From: Desulfomonilia bacterium
Lineage (GTDB): Bacteria; Desulfobacterota; Desulfomonilia; UBA1062
Direction of reading: 5' to 3'
DNA: 64,000 nt
Assembly: GCA_050014195.1 (NCBI GenBank)
Contig: JBEKDT010000001.1
Span: 160,001-224,000, forward strand
Shown: piece after piece, positions 1-7,713 of the stretch
Numbering within the stretch: the stretch's first letter is position 1
Layout: the number at the start of each line of letters is the position of its first letter
Program-made: the position numbers and the translations under genes
Notes under the pieces: model-generated
The model's input: only the letters and a program-made list of their open reading frames with translations
What the model was told of the DNA's origin: nothing
Databases searched by the model: none

Positions 1-1
1 C

Positions 2-97
2 ACCTGGTTCGAGAATAAAAAATCAGCTATTGAGACAGTTACTCCAAAGATGGACAAAGATGGGATGTGGAGAGTTTCCGGTTACTACATCAAATGA
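2..97 (+). CDS. 3' fragment of DUF4019-like protein (cassette 1)
   Basis: Frame reads [31 protein letters not shown], resembling the DUF4019 C-terminus; followed by attC. Confidence 0.7.
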   Translation, partial: TWFENKKSAIETVTPKMDKDGMWRVSGYYIK

Positions 98-99
98 AG

Positions 100-163
100 A
101 CCAGACAATGGCATCCTCGCGGATGCGGGCTGCGCCAGCGCCGCTGATGCCTGGCTGTTCGAC
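100..163 (+). repeat. attC1 (degenerate R'')
   Basis: ACCAGAC...GCATCC...GCCGCTGATGC...GTTCGAC; same family as attC7 but GAC replaces AAC. Confidence 0.8.
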
Positions 164-171
164 GGAGAGAA

Positions 172-840
172 ATGAAGAAGAAAACATTGCTGAGTTGGAG
201 TAGCGGGAAGGACAGCGCATGGGCGCTTCACCTGCTCCAACAAGATCCGCAGATTGAGCTTCTCGGCATGTTTACTGTAATGAATCAAAAATACAGTCGT
301 GTGTCGATGCACGCCACCCGGTTGGAGATGCTTCAGCGTCAAGCCGAGGCAGTAGGTCTGCCGATCCAAACGATCAGTCTTCCCGACCCGTGCACAAACG
401 AGCAATACGACGCTATCATGCGACACTTCGTCACCGAGTCTGTCAACAAGGGGATTGAGTGCATGGCATTCGGAGATCTGTTCCTTGAGGACGTCCGAAA
501 GTATCGGGAGAATCAACTGAAAGGGAGTGGGATCGATCCTCTTTTCCCGTTGTGGGGAATCCCCACGAGCGACCTGGCTGAGCAAATGTTGTCAGCAGGA
601 CTCGAAGCCTATGTCAGCAGTGTTGATCTCAAGAAATTGCCTTCGCGTTTTGCCGGACAAAAATGGTCAAGGGACTTGATTGTGGAATTTCCCAAGGATT
701 GCGACCCATGTGGAGAGAACGGGGAAATCCACACGGTCGCCGTGGGCGGCCCGATGTTTCGGAAAACAGTCCTTGTCAAAGTCGGCGACGTGGTGAATCG
801 AAAAGGATTTGCTTACGCTGACATCATTCCGATTAACTGA
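172..840 (+). CDS. PP-loop ATPase, diphthine-ammonia ligase/MJ0570-like family (cassette 2)
   Basis: SWSSGKDS PP-loop, FGDLFL, DPCGENGE motifs. Confidence 0.85.
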   Translation: MKKKTLLSWSSGKDSAWALHLLQQDPQIELLGMFTVMNQKYSRVSMHATRLEMLQRQAEAVGLPIQTISLPDPCTNEQYDAIMRHFVTESVNKGIECMAFGDLFLEDVRKYRENQLKGSGIDPLFPLWGIPTSDLAEQMLSAGLEAYVSSVDLKKLPSRFAGQKWSRDLIVEFPKDCDPCGENGEIHTVAVGGPMFRKTVLVKVGDVVNRKGFAYADIIPIN

Positions 841-847
841 AACGACT

Positions 848-905
848 GTCGAACCAAGGAGTGCAGGCGATGCGATACCCGCGAGCCTGACTCCTGCCGT
901 TGGAG
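848..905 (+). repeat. attC2
   Basis: R'' GTCGAAC is the reverse complement of GTTCGAC at 157-163; arms GGAGTGCAGGC/GCCTGACTCC; R' GTTGGAG. Confidence 0.9.
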
Positions 906-912
906 GTTTGCA

Positions 913-1461
913 ATGACCCAAGCATTGTTACTCATAGACATTCAGAACGATTACTTCCCTGGCGGGGCAATGGAACTAGTGGGAAGTTCTCCTGCTGCGG
1001 CGCAGGCCGGGAAACTACTTCAGGCGTTCAGACAAAAAGCGCTGAGCGTTATCCACATCCAACACATCTCGACAAGACCAGGAGCGACCTTCTTTTTGCC
1101 GAATACCGCTGGGGTACAAATTCACGAGAGCGTAGCTCCCAACAGTGGCGAAACGGTCTTTCAGAAACACTACCCGAACAGCTTTCGTGAAACACGTCTG
1201 CTTGAGCACCTTCGTGAGAATCAAATCTCGCAGCTTGTGATCGCAGGGATGATGACCCATATGTGCATTGACACTACCTCACGTGCTGCCACCGACCTTG
1301 GCTTCCCGTGCGTTCTGGCTCATGACGCATGCGCTACAAGAGCTCTGTCGTTTAATGGCGCTACTGTTTCTGCTCAGAGCGTACAAACAGCATTCCTCGC
1401 AGCCCTTAATGGCCTGTTTGCCGAAGTGCTGTCAGTGGAGGAAATATGCACCAACCTCTAA
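913..1461 (+). CDS. Isochorismatase-family cysteine hydrolase (cassette 3)
   Basis: ALLLIDIQNDY, FQKHYPNSF, GMMTHMC (Asp-Lys-Cys triad). Confidence 0.9.
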   Translation: MTQALLLIDIQNDYFPGGAMELVGSSPAAAQAGKLLQAFRQKALSVIHIQHISTRPGATFFLPNTAGVQIHESVAPNSGETVFQKHYPNSFRETRLLEHLRENQISQLVIAGMMTHMCIDTTSRAATDLGFPCVLAHDACATRALSFNGATVSAQSVQTAFLAALNGLFAEVLSVEEICTNL

Positions 1462-1518
1462 CGAGCTGATCCGGCAGACCGGGGCTAAGCCCCGCGCCGC
1501 TGATACCTGCCGTGAGAG
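1456..1518 (+). repeat. attC3 (R' reads GTG instead of GTT)
   Basis: CTCTAAC...GGGGCTAAGCCCC...GCCGCTGAT...GTGAGAG. Confidence 0.82.
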
Positions 1519-1530
1519 GGCAAGGACCCT

Positions 1531-2328
1531 ATGCAACCAGTGCAACAGAAATGGAATGCTGAGGATTACGCGAAGAATTCTTCGGCACAGCTACAGTGGG
1601 CGCAGGAGCTTATTTCAAAACTCTTCTTGCAGGGTTGCGAATCTGTGCTTGATATCGGATGCGGAGATGGGAAGATCAGCGCCCAACTTGCGCTGGCTGC
1701 CAAGAACGGAAACGTGCTGGGCATTGATCTATCTGAAGACATGATTCGGCTTGCCTCAGAGCAGTTTCCTTCAGCGAAATACCCCAACCTGTCTTTCTTG
1801 CGTATGGACGCAACAGGCATTCGCCTTTCTGAGAGATTCGACGTCGCATTCTCAAACGCCGCCCTTCATTGGGTGAAAAACCATATTGCAGTTCTTCGAG
1901 GCGTGCATGCCTGCCTCAAGTCCGGTGGCAAGATATTGTTTCAGATGGGCGGCCGCGGAAACGCAACTGAGGTTTTTGGCGCCATTGAGAAAGTTTTACG
2001 GCACCCTCGGTGGCGGCGGTACTATAAAGACTTCACACCACCCTACCACTTTTATGGACCGGAAGAATATGAAGCCTGGCTATTGGAAAGCGGTTTTCGC
2101 TCGGTACGTGTTGAACTCGTGCCAAAAGATATGCAGCATGGTGCGGAGGGGTTTAAGGGTTGGCTACGGACAACTTGGTTCCCCTATACCGACCGCTTGC
2201 CGGTCGAACTGCGCGATGCCTTTCTTGCGGAAGTGGTCGAGACTTATACGGCGGTAAATCCGTTTGACGCTCTCGGCCATACACACGTCAAAATGGTCCG
2301 TTTGGAGGTCGAGGCGTATGCCCTCTAA
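1531..2328 (+). CDS. Class I SAM methyltransferase, Tam-like (cassette 4)
   Basis: VLDIGCGDG, FDVAFSNAALHW. Confidence 0.88.
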   Translation: MQPVQQKWNAEDYAKNSSAQLQWAQELISKLFLQGCESVLDIGCGDGKISAQLALAAKNGNVLGIDLSEDMIRLASEQFPSAKYPNLSFLRMDATGIRLSERFDVAFSNAALHWVKNHIAVLRGVHACLKSGGKILFQMGGRGNATEVFGAIEKVLRHPRWRRYYKDFTPPYHFYGPEEYEAWLLESGFRSVRVELVPKDMQHGAEGFKGWLRTTWFPYTDRLPVELRDAFLAEVVETYTAVNPFDALGHTHVKMVRLEVEAYAL

Positions 2329-2380
2329 CAATTCGCTCAACGCGGACGTGCAAAAGCGCCGGTTAGCTCAAACGTTATGT
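2323..2380 (+). repeat. attC4
   Basis: CTCTAACAATTCGCTCAAC...GGTTAGCTCAAACGTTATGT; short canonical-type attC. Confidence 0.9.
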
Positions 2381-2399
2381 GGCAAATGGGAGAAGACAA

Positions 2400-3083
2400 A
2401 TGGCTTACACTTTGGAAAAAGTAGTTCCTTGGGGACGATCTTTCGACGAATATTTGGCAATGTTTGCATTGTCGGAAGAAGACCTTAGAAAGCGGTTACT
2501 AGGATGTGGAGACGGTCCCGCAAGCTTTAATTGTATGATGAAACGTCGTGGAGGCCATGTAGTTTCTGTCGATCCGATTTACACTTTCAGTGCCGGTGAA
2601 ATAAGAAGTCGGATAGATGAAACATATGAAGAGGTTATGGAACAAGCTAGAAAAAACAAACATGAGTTCGTGTGGAGACATATCTCATCAGTTGATGAAC
2701 TCGGCAAAGTTCGTATGTCTGCTATGAACGACTTTTTGTCTGATTATGCAGTAGGTTTAAAAGAAGGTCGTTATGTAGACGCGAGTTTGCCTACGCTTCC
2801 ATTCTCAGATCGAGAATTTGACATTGCTTTATGTTCGCACTTTCTCTTTCTTTACAGCGAGCACCTTTCAGAAGATTTTCATATCCAGTCAATTGAAGAA
2901 CTCTGCCGAGTTGCATCTGAAGTAAGGATATTCCCTCTGTTGGAGTTGGGAGCCAAAGAATCAAGACATCTCAAGATAGTCGTGGATAGACTTGAAAAAG
3001 GTGGTTTTGTTGTCGATATGAAGAAAGTGCCTTATGAGTTTCAAAAAGGTGGAAACGAAATGTTGAGGGTTACAGCCACATAA
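2400..3083 (+). CDS. SAM-dependent methyltransferase (cassette 5)
   Basis: LLGCGDGPASF, LPFSDREFDIALCSHFLFLY; start moved to ATG 2400, downstream of attC4. Confidence 0.82.
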   Translation: MAYTLEKVVPWGRSFDEYLAMFALSEEDLRKRLLGCGDGPASFNCMMKRRGGHVVSVDPIYTFSAGEIRSRIDETYEEVMEQARKNKHEFVWRHISSVDELGKVRMSAMNDFLSDYAVGLKEGRYVDASLPTLPFSDREFDIALCSHFLFLYSEHLSEDFHIQSIEELCRVASEVRIFPLLELGAKESRHLKIVVDRLEKGGFVVDMKKVPYEFQKGGNEMLRVTAT

Positions 3084-3147
3084 CAAATCAATGCACCTGA
3101 GAGCAAATCGCTGTGCGATTTCCGGCAAGTGATTTCTGCCGTTGGAG
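3078..3147 (+). repeat. attC5
   Basis: GCCACATAAC (3075-3084) is the perfect reverse complement of GTTATGTGGC (2374-2383); central AATCGC/GCGATT stem; R' GTTGGAG. Confidence 0.9.
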
Positions 3148-3164
3148 GTCCGTTGGAGATAACA

Positions 3165-3737
3165 ATGAATCAGAAAAAATATGCGCTGATCATAATTGAT
3201 ATGCAAAATGATTTTGTTTTATCTGGTACACCAGCGTGCGTTGCTGGTGCTTATGCCACGATCCCGTGTATAAAAAGGTTGCTTGATTTTTACAGGGCAA
3301 ATGGATGGCCGGTATTTCATGTCATACGGGAATATCGTGCAGATGGAAGTGATATCGAGTTTACCCGCCTCCAGGGTTTTCTTAACAACAAGCGCTATGC
3401 AGTGCCTGGCACGAAAGGTTGTGAAATTGTGGAAAGCCTTGCACCAGTTGAAGGAGAGTATAGGGTCATAAAGAATAGATTCAGTGGTTTTATGAATACG
3501 GAGTTAGATTTTATGTTGAGAAGGGTCGGGGCAACGCACCTGGTCATATGCGGAACTCAGTATCCTAACTGTGTCCGGGCTACTATCTTTGATGCCATTG
3601 CATATGGGTATCCTGTAATCAACATTACCGATGCCACATCAGCACAGACTCCACAAATTGCAGATGCAAATATCGTAGATTTAAAGAATATCGGAGTTGA
3701 CTGTATTTCGTTAGATGAGTTTATGAAATTATTCTGA
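3165..3737 (+). CDS. Isochorismatase-family cysteine hydrolase (cassette 6)
   Basis: ALIIIDMQNDF, KNRFSGF, GTQYPNC. Confidence 0.9.
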   Translation: MNQKKYALIIIDMQNDFVLSGTPACVAGAYATIPCIKRLLDFYRANGWPVFHVIREYRADGSDIEFTRLQGFLNNKRYAVPGTKGCEIVESLAPVEGEYRVIKNRFSGFMNTELDFMLRRVGATHLVICGTQYPNCVRATIFDAIAYGYPVINITDATSAQTPQIADANIVDLKNIGVDCISLDEFMKLF

Positions 3738-3752
3738 AATGGGAGAGAATCT

Positions 3753-3812
3753 CTCCAACAAACGAAGCACCGGACGGGGCAAGCGCCAGGCCGATGATCT
3801 CCGTCGTTATGC
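3753..3812 (+). repeat. attC6
   Basis: CTCCAAC...GTTATGC; R'' complements GTTGGAG at the cassette start. Confidence 0.8.
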
Positions 3813-3843
3813 GCCAGTATTAGTAGAATATAGGTGATAGCAA

Positions 3844-4329
3844 ATGGATGATCTTACTATCCGGAATGTAGAGCCGACTGATTATCAGCCTGTCATTTCT
3901 GTGCTGAATGACTGGTGGGGCGGTCGGAATATGAGTGACATGCTCCCGAAACTCTTCTTTGTTCACTTTTGTGAGACAAGCTTTGTGGCTGAGGCTGAAG
4001 GAAAGATCGTCGGGTTCCTCATAGGTTTTTTATCACAGACTTTCCCGGATCAGGCCTATATACACTTTGCCGGGGTTCACCCAGATTATCGAAGGAAAGG
4101 ATTAGCGGGCAATCTCTACAGGCATTTTTTTGAGATTTCCCGGAACCATGGCTGCAGGGTCGTCCACTGCGTAACCTCGCCTGTTAATAAAGCTGCAATC
4201 GCATTTCACCTTCGGATGGGGTTCAGCATTGAACAGGGTGATAAGCTCATCGAAGGTATTTCAGTTGCTGAGAACTATGATGGGTACGGTAGCGACCGGG
4301 TTTTGTTCATAAAATTGCTCGGCACATAA
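3844..4329 (+). CDS. GNAT acetyltransferase (cassette 7)
   Basis: VHPDYRRKGLA acetyl-CoA motif; NKAAIAFHLRMGF. Confidence 0.9.
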   Translation: MDDLTIRNVEPTDYQPVISVLNDWWGGRNMSDMLPKLFFVHFCETSFVAEAEGKIVGFLIGFLSQTFPDQAYIHFAGVHPDYRRKGLAGNLYRHFFEISRNHGCRVVHCVTSPVNKAAIAFHLRMGFSIEQGDKLIEGISVAENYDGYGSDRVLFIKLLGT

Positions 4330-4388
4330 CAAGGGCATCCAGGCGGAAGCGGGCTGCCCAGCGCCGCCGCTGATGCACACCGTTATCT
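4324..4388 (+). repeat. attC7
   Basis: ACATAAC, arms GCATCCAGGCGG/CCGCTGATGC with two extrahelical bases, R' GTTATCT. Confidence 0.9.
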
Positions 4389-4407
4389 CCCAATATTCAA
4401 TCCCTGC

Positions 4408-4442
4408 TTGACATTCAAAATGGTATGATTAATTATCATACC
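4408..4442 (+). promoter_or_regulatory. TA cassette promoter/operator
   Basis: TTGACA at 4408-4413; perfect inverted repeat GGTATGAT-N5-ATCATACC at 4422-4442 just before the GGAGG RBS; exact -10 unclear. Confidence 0.65.
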
Positions 4443-4453
4443 GGAGGCGGAAA

Positions 4454-4696
4454 ATGAGATCAGCCAAGGTTGCAATCACGATTGATGACGAAACCCTTCA
4501 AAGGCTTGACCGTCTTGTGAAGGAACATGTTTTTCCTAATCGAAGCAAGGCGATACAAGAGGCCGTACAGGATAAAATTAAACGTATTGAGAAAACCAGG
4601 CTCGCCCGGGAATGCGCAAAGCTTGACCCTTTATATGAGCAAGCACTTGCTGACGAAGGAATTTCTGAGGATATGAACGAATGGCCAGAATATTAA
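4454..4696 (+). CDS. CopG/ribbon-helix-helix antitoxin (cassette 8)
   Basis: [22 protein letters not shown] pattern; overlaps toxin start. Confidence 0.85.
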   Translation: MRSAKVAITIDDETLQRLDRLVKEHVFPNRSKAIQEAVQDKIKRIEKTRLARECAKLDPLYEQALADEGISEDMNEWPEY

Positions 4697-5019
4697 GAGG
4701 TGATATCCGCCTCGCTGATCTGAATCCCACAAAAGGGAAAGAACAAGCCGGCATCAGACCCGTACTTATCTTAAGTCATGATGTCTTCAATGAAAGATCG
4801 GGAACTGTTATAGCCATGGCAATCACAAGCCAGCCGCAGCGCGCCGGATTTCCTCTCACATTTGAACTTGAGTCCGACAAGCTCCCGAAAAAATCATGGG
4901 TGAAAATCAGCCAAGTAAGAACACTGTCTGTACAGCGTATTGGGAAGAAGATCACCAATCTACCACCTGAAATCCTCGACCACCTTATTGATGGTCTGGG
5001 TGAGATTATTGGAAGATAA
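4681..5019 (+). CDS. mazF: MazF/PemK-family toxin (cassette 8)
   Basis: [25 protein letters not shown]. Confidence 0.9.
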   Translation: MARILRGDIRLADLNPTKGKEQAGIRPVLILSHDVFNERSGTVIAMAITSQPQRAGFPLTFELESDKLPKKSWVKISQVRTLSVQRIGKKITNLPPEILDHLIDGLGEIIGR

Positions 5020-5076
5020 CTTCTCACTGCACCAGACCGCAGCTTACGCCGCGGCCGGTGATCTCACGCGTTAGAG
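5014..5076 (+). repeat. attC8
   Basis: AGATAAC complements GTTATCT (13 of 14 including flanks); R' GTTAGAG. Confidence 0.9.
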
Positions 5077-5089
5077 CCCTCACCAACAA

Positions 5090-5497
5090 ATGATAGAGTC
5101 AATAAGTCACATTACTTTCATCGTCAAAGATGTTGAAAGAACGGGGCATTTCCTGCGATCGATCTTCGATGCCGAAGAGGTCTATGACAGTGCGGGGAAG
5201 AACTTTTCAATTTCATACGAGAAGTTCTTTATTATCGGGGGTGCTTGGATAGCGGTTATGCAAGGTGAGCCATTGTCGGAGCGTTCTTATAACCATGTTG
5301 CATTCAAGGTATCCGACTCTGAGTTTGATGAGTATGTATCAAGACTAAAGCGACTTGGGATCGAGGTGGAACCAGGTCGTGACCGGGTTAGTGGTGAGGC
5401 CCGGTCAATATATTTCTATGATTACGACAACCATCTCTTCGAGCTGCACACCGGCACGCTTCATGAGAGGCTGGTGCATTATTCCAAAGGGAAATAA
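5090..5497 (+). CDS. fosX: FosX-family fosfomycin hydrolase (cassette 9)
   Basis: VOC fold with H7, E44, H69, E118 at Listeria FosX numbering; SIYFYDYDNHLFELH. Confidence 0.88.
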   Translation: MIESISHITFIVKDVERTGHFLRSIFDAEEVYDSAGKNFSISYEKFFIIGGAWIAVMQGEPLSERSYNHVAFKVSDSEFDEYVSRLKRLGIEVEPGRDRVSGEARSIYFYDYDNHLFELHTGTLHERLVHYSKGK

Positions 5498-5499
5498 AG

Positions 5500-5547
5500 C
5501 TCTAACAAAAGCCTGCGGACGGCTACAGCCGCCGCTGATGCGTGTCG
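5500..5547 (+). repeat. attC9, terminal and degenerate
   Basis: GCTCTAAC complements GTTAGAGC (5070-5077); GCCGCTGATGC arm present but expected GTT reads GAA. Confidence 0.72.
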
Positions 5548-5606
5548 AAAATACGTCTTAATAGCTTCAATTGACCCATTGCATAAAGGTTTGTTATATG
5601 GACACC

Positions 5607-6749
5607 ATGAAGCCATCCAACACTGCCAGGACCATACAGCCTTTTCTGGTCATGGATGTCATGGAAAAGGCAAACACCCTTGCCGCGTCCGGCCGGGACA
5701 TCATCCACCTGGAGGTGGGTGAGCCTGATTTCGACACCCCGGAGTGCATACGCATAGCAGCGGCGAATGCCATGCATCAGGGCAGGACCCACTATACCGA
5801 CTCGCTCGGCATCCCGGAGCTGAGGAATGCCCTCAAAGAACATTATGAAATGACCTACCACGTTAGTATCGATGAGAATTGTATCGTGGTGACTGCAGGC
5901 TCCTCTCCCGCACTCCTCATGGCCATATCCTGCCTTGTGGATGCGGGTGACGAGGTCATTATGACCGACCCGTACTATGCCTGCTACCCGAACTTCGTCA
6001 AGATCTTAGGCGCGAAACCCCGCCTCATCCGCACGGGAAGCTCGGACAGATTCCAGCTGGACCCCGGAAAGGTAAAACGGAACATAACCGGCGTCACGAA
6101 AGCCCTGCTCATCAACTCACCGGCAAACCCTACGGGTATCTGCCTGGACGCCGATCACCTGAAGGCTTTAAGCGGGCTGGCCATCCCCATCATATCCGAT
6201 GAGATCTACCATGGGCTGGTCTATGCCGGGCAGCAGCACACCATACTCGAATTTACGGACAATACGATTGTGATCAACGGATTCTCCAAGGCCTATGCCA
6301 TGACGGGCTGGAGGCTCGGCTGGGCGGTCTTCCCCAGGGAACTCATCCGAACGGCCCAGAAGATCCAGCAGAACCTTATGATCTGCGCCCCATCCATTGC
6401 CCAGTGGGGCGGCGTCGCCGCACTTACCAAGGCCGGCACGGATGTAGAGAACATGCATCAGACCTTTGCCCGGCGAAGGAAGGTCATGCTCTCCGAGATG
6501 GCGAAGTTCGGCTTCAACGTAGAGGTGGAGCCCACGGGTGCATTCTATGTACTCGTGAATATGGGTGCGTACACAAATGACTCCCGCTCATTTGCCATGG
6601 AAACCCTGGAGCATACCGGTGTCGGGGTGACCCCGGGTATCGATTTCGGGCCCGGTGCTGAAGGCTACATCCGGTTCTCCTATGCCAACTCGGAAAAGAA
6701 TATCGTGGAAGGCATCTCCCGTGTCGCCTCATACTTAAAAAGCCTATGA
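5607..6749 (+). CDS. PLP-dependent class I/II (aspartate-type) aminotransferase; start 5598 or 5607
   Basis: GEPDF, NSPANPTG, SDEIY, GFSKAYAMTGWRLG. Confidence 0.92.
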   Translation: MKPSNTARTIQPFLVMDVMEKANTLAASGRDIIHLEVGEPDFDTPECIRIAAANAMHQGRTHYTDSLGIPELRNALKEHYEMTYHVSIDENCIVVTAGSSPALLMAISCLVDAGDEVIMTDPYYACYPNFVKILGAKPRLIRTGSSDRFQLDPGKVKRNITGVTKALLINSPANPTGICLDADHLKALSGLAIPIISDEIYHGLVYAGQQHTILEFTDNTIVINGFSKAYAMTGWRLGWAVFPRELIRTAQKIQQNLMICAPSIAQWGGVAALTKAGTDVENMHQTFARRRKVMLSEMAKFGFNVEVEPTGAFYVLVNMGAYTNDSRSFAMETLEHTGVGVTPGIDFGPGAEGYIRFSYANSEKNIVEGISRVASYLKSL

Positions 6750-7321
6750 AGGTGAAGATCCGGGACGCCGCCTTTGCAGGGGTCTTCCCCCATAATAGTG
6801 CAGGCCTGCCTCAGTATGCCATTGCAGGCAGGTCGAACGTGGGCAAGTCTTCGCTGATCAACAAGCTGCTGAACAGGAAGTCGCTCGTGAGGACGAGCAA
6901 GGTGCCGGGCAAGACCAGGGCCGTGAACCTTTTCAAAGTCGACCTGGTTGACCTTCCCTCCCTATACCTTGTCGACCTGCCGGGATATGGCTATGCCAAG
7001 GTTTCCAAGACCATCAGTCATGAGTGGAAAGAGCAGATCGCCAAATACTTCTCGAACAATCATGAACTCAAGCTTGTCATGCTGCTCGTGGACATCCGAA
7101 GGGATCTTCAAGATGAGGAACGCCTGCTCATGGACCTCATCAATAAAACCAAGGCCAAGGTCGTGCTTGTAGCTACCAAGACCGATAAGCTGGGGTATGC
7201 TCAGATGCTCAAACGCACATCGGAGCTTTCAAGGCAGTGTGGGTTGACCCCGGTTATCACCTCGTCTGCCACGGGAGACGGCATGGAAGAACTCTGGAGA
7301 CTCATCATCTCTTCCCTGTAG
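6746..7321 (+). CDS. engB: Ribosome biogenesis GTPase YihA/YsxC
   Basis: GRSNVGKSSLIN, PGKT, DLPGYGY, TKTDK. Confidence 0.93.
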   Translation: MKVKIRDAAFAGVFPHNSAGLPQYAIAGRSNVGKSSLINKLLNRKSLVRTSKVPGKTRAVNLFKVDLVDLPSLYLVDLPGYGYAKVSKTISHEWKEQIAKYFSNNHELKLVMLLVDIRRDLQDEERLLMDLINKTKAKVVLVATKTDKLGYAQMLKRTSELSRQCGLTPVITSSATGDGMEELWRLIISSL

Positions 7322-7443
7322 TCGCTTTACGCATTTGTGAGCCCAACGGTCTTCGATGCAGTTCAATGCCCGGTACACCCCTGGTCCGTAATCCCAATAT
7401 TTCTATTTACTCCCCACTGCGTTGTGCTATTATCTGAGAAATC

Positions 7444-7713
7444 ATGCGTGATACTTCCTTTACCATAGACATCCAATCTTTTCTCCCCATCATCCTGCTC
7501 CTCCTCTTTCTGGTGATCCCCTATATGCTGAAAAACCTCGGCCGATACACATCAGCCGGTAAAAACCTCGACAGGTTTCCGGAAAAACCCAGGGACAGCA
7601 TGCACCCCGAGACCATGAGCGACTACCTCGAAGAGCCTCCTGTCAGGACTGACTATGAGAGGGTTACCAAGGATTCAGTCTCCAGTAAACCAATCACCCC
7701 TAAATGGTTCTAG
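7444..7713 (+). CDS. Hypothetical single-TM protein
   Basis: N-terminal hydrophobic helix; overlaps next ORF. Confidence 0.55.
   Translation: MRDTSFTIDIQSFLPIILLLLFLVIPYMLKNLGRYTSAGKNLDRFPEKPRDSMHPETMSDYLEEPPVRTDYERVTKDSVSSKPITPKWF

Larger units (their letters stand above)
1..5547 (+). mobile_element. Integron gene-cassette array, distal end; at least 9 cassettes; intI/attI not in window
   Basis: Same-strand ORFs each followed by a roughly 50-70 bp imperfect palindrome, most bounded by ...AAC and GTT...; each cassette's start core site is complementary to its own R''. Confidence 0.93.

Noticed and set aside
100-5547. CRISPR array
   Set aside because: The repeats are not identical and are separated by whole genes; they fit attC sites
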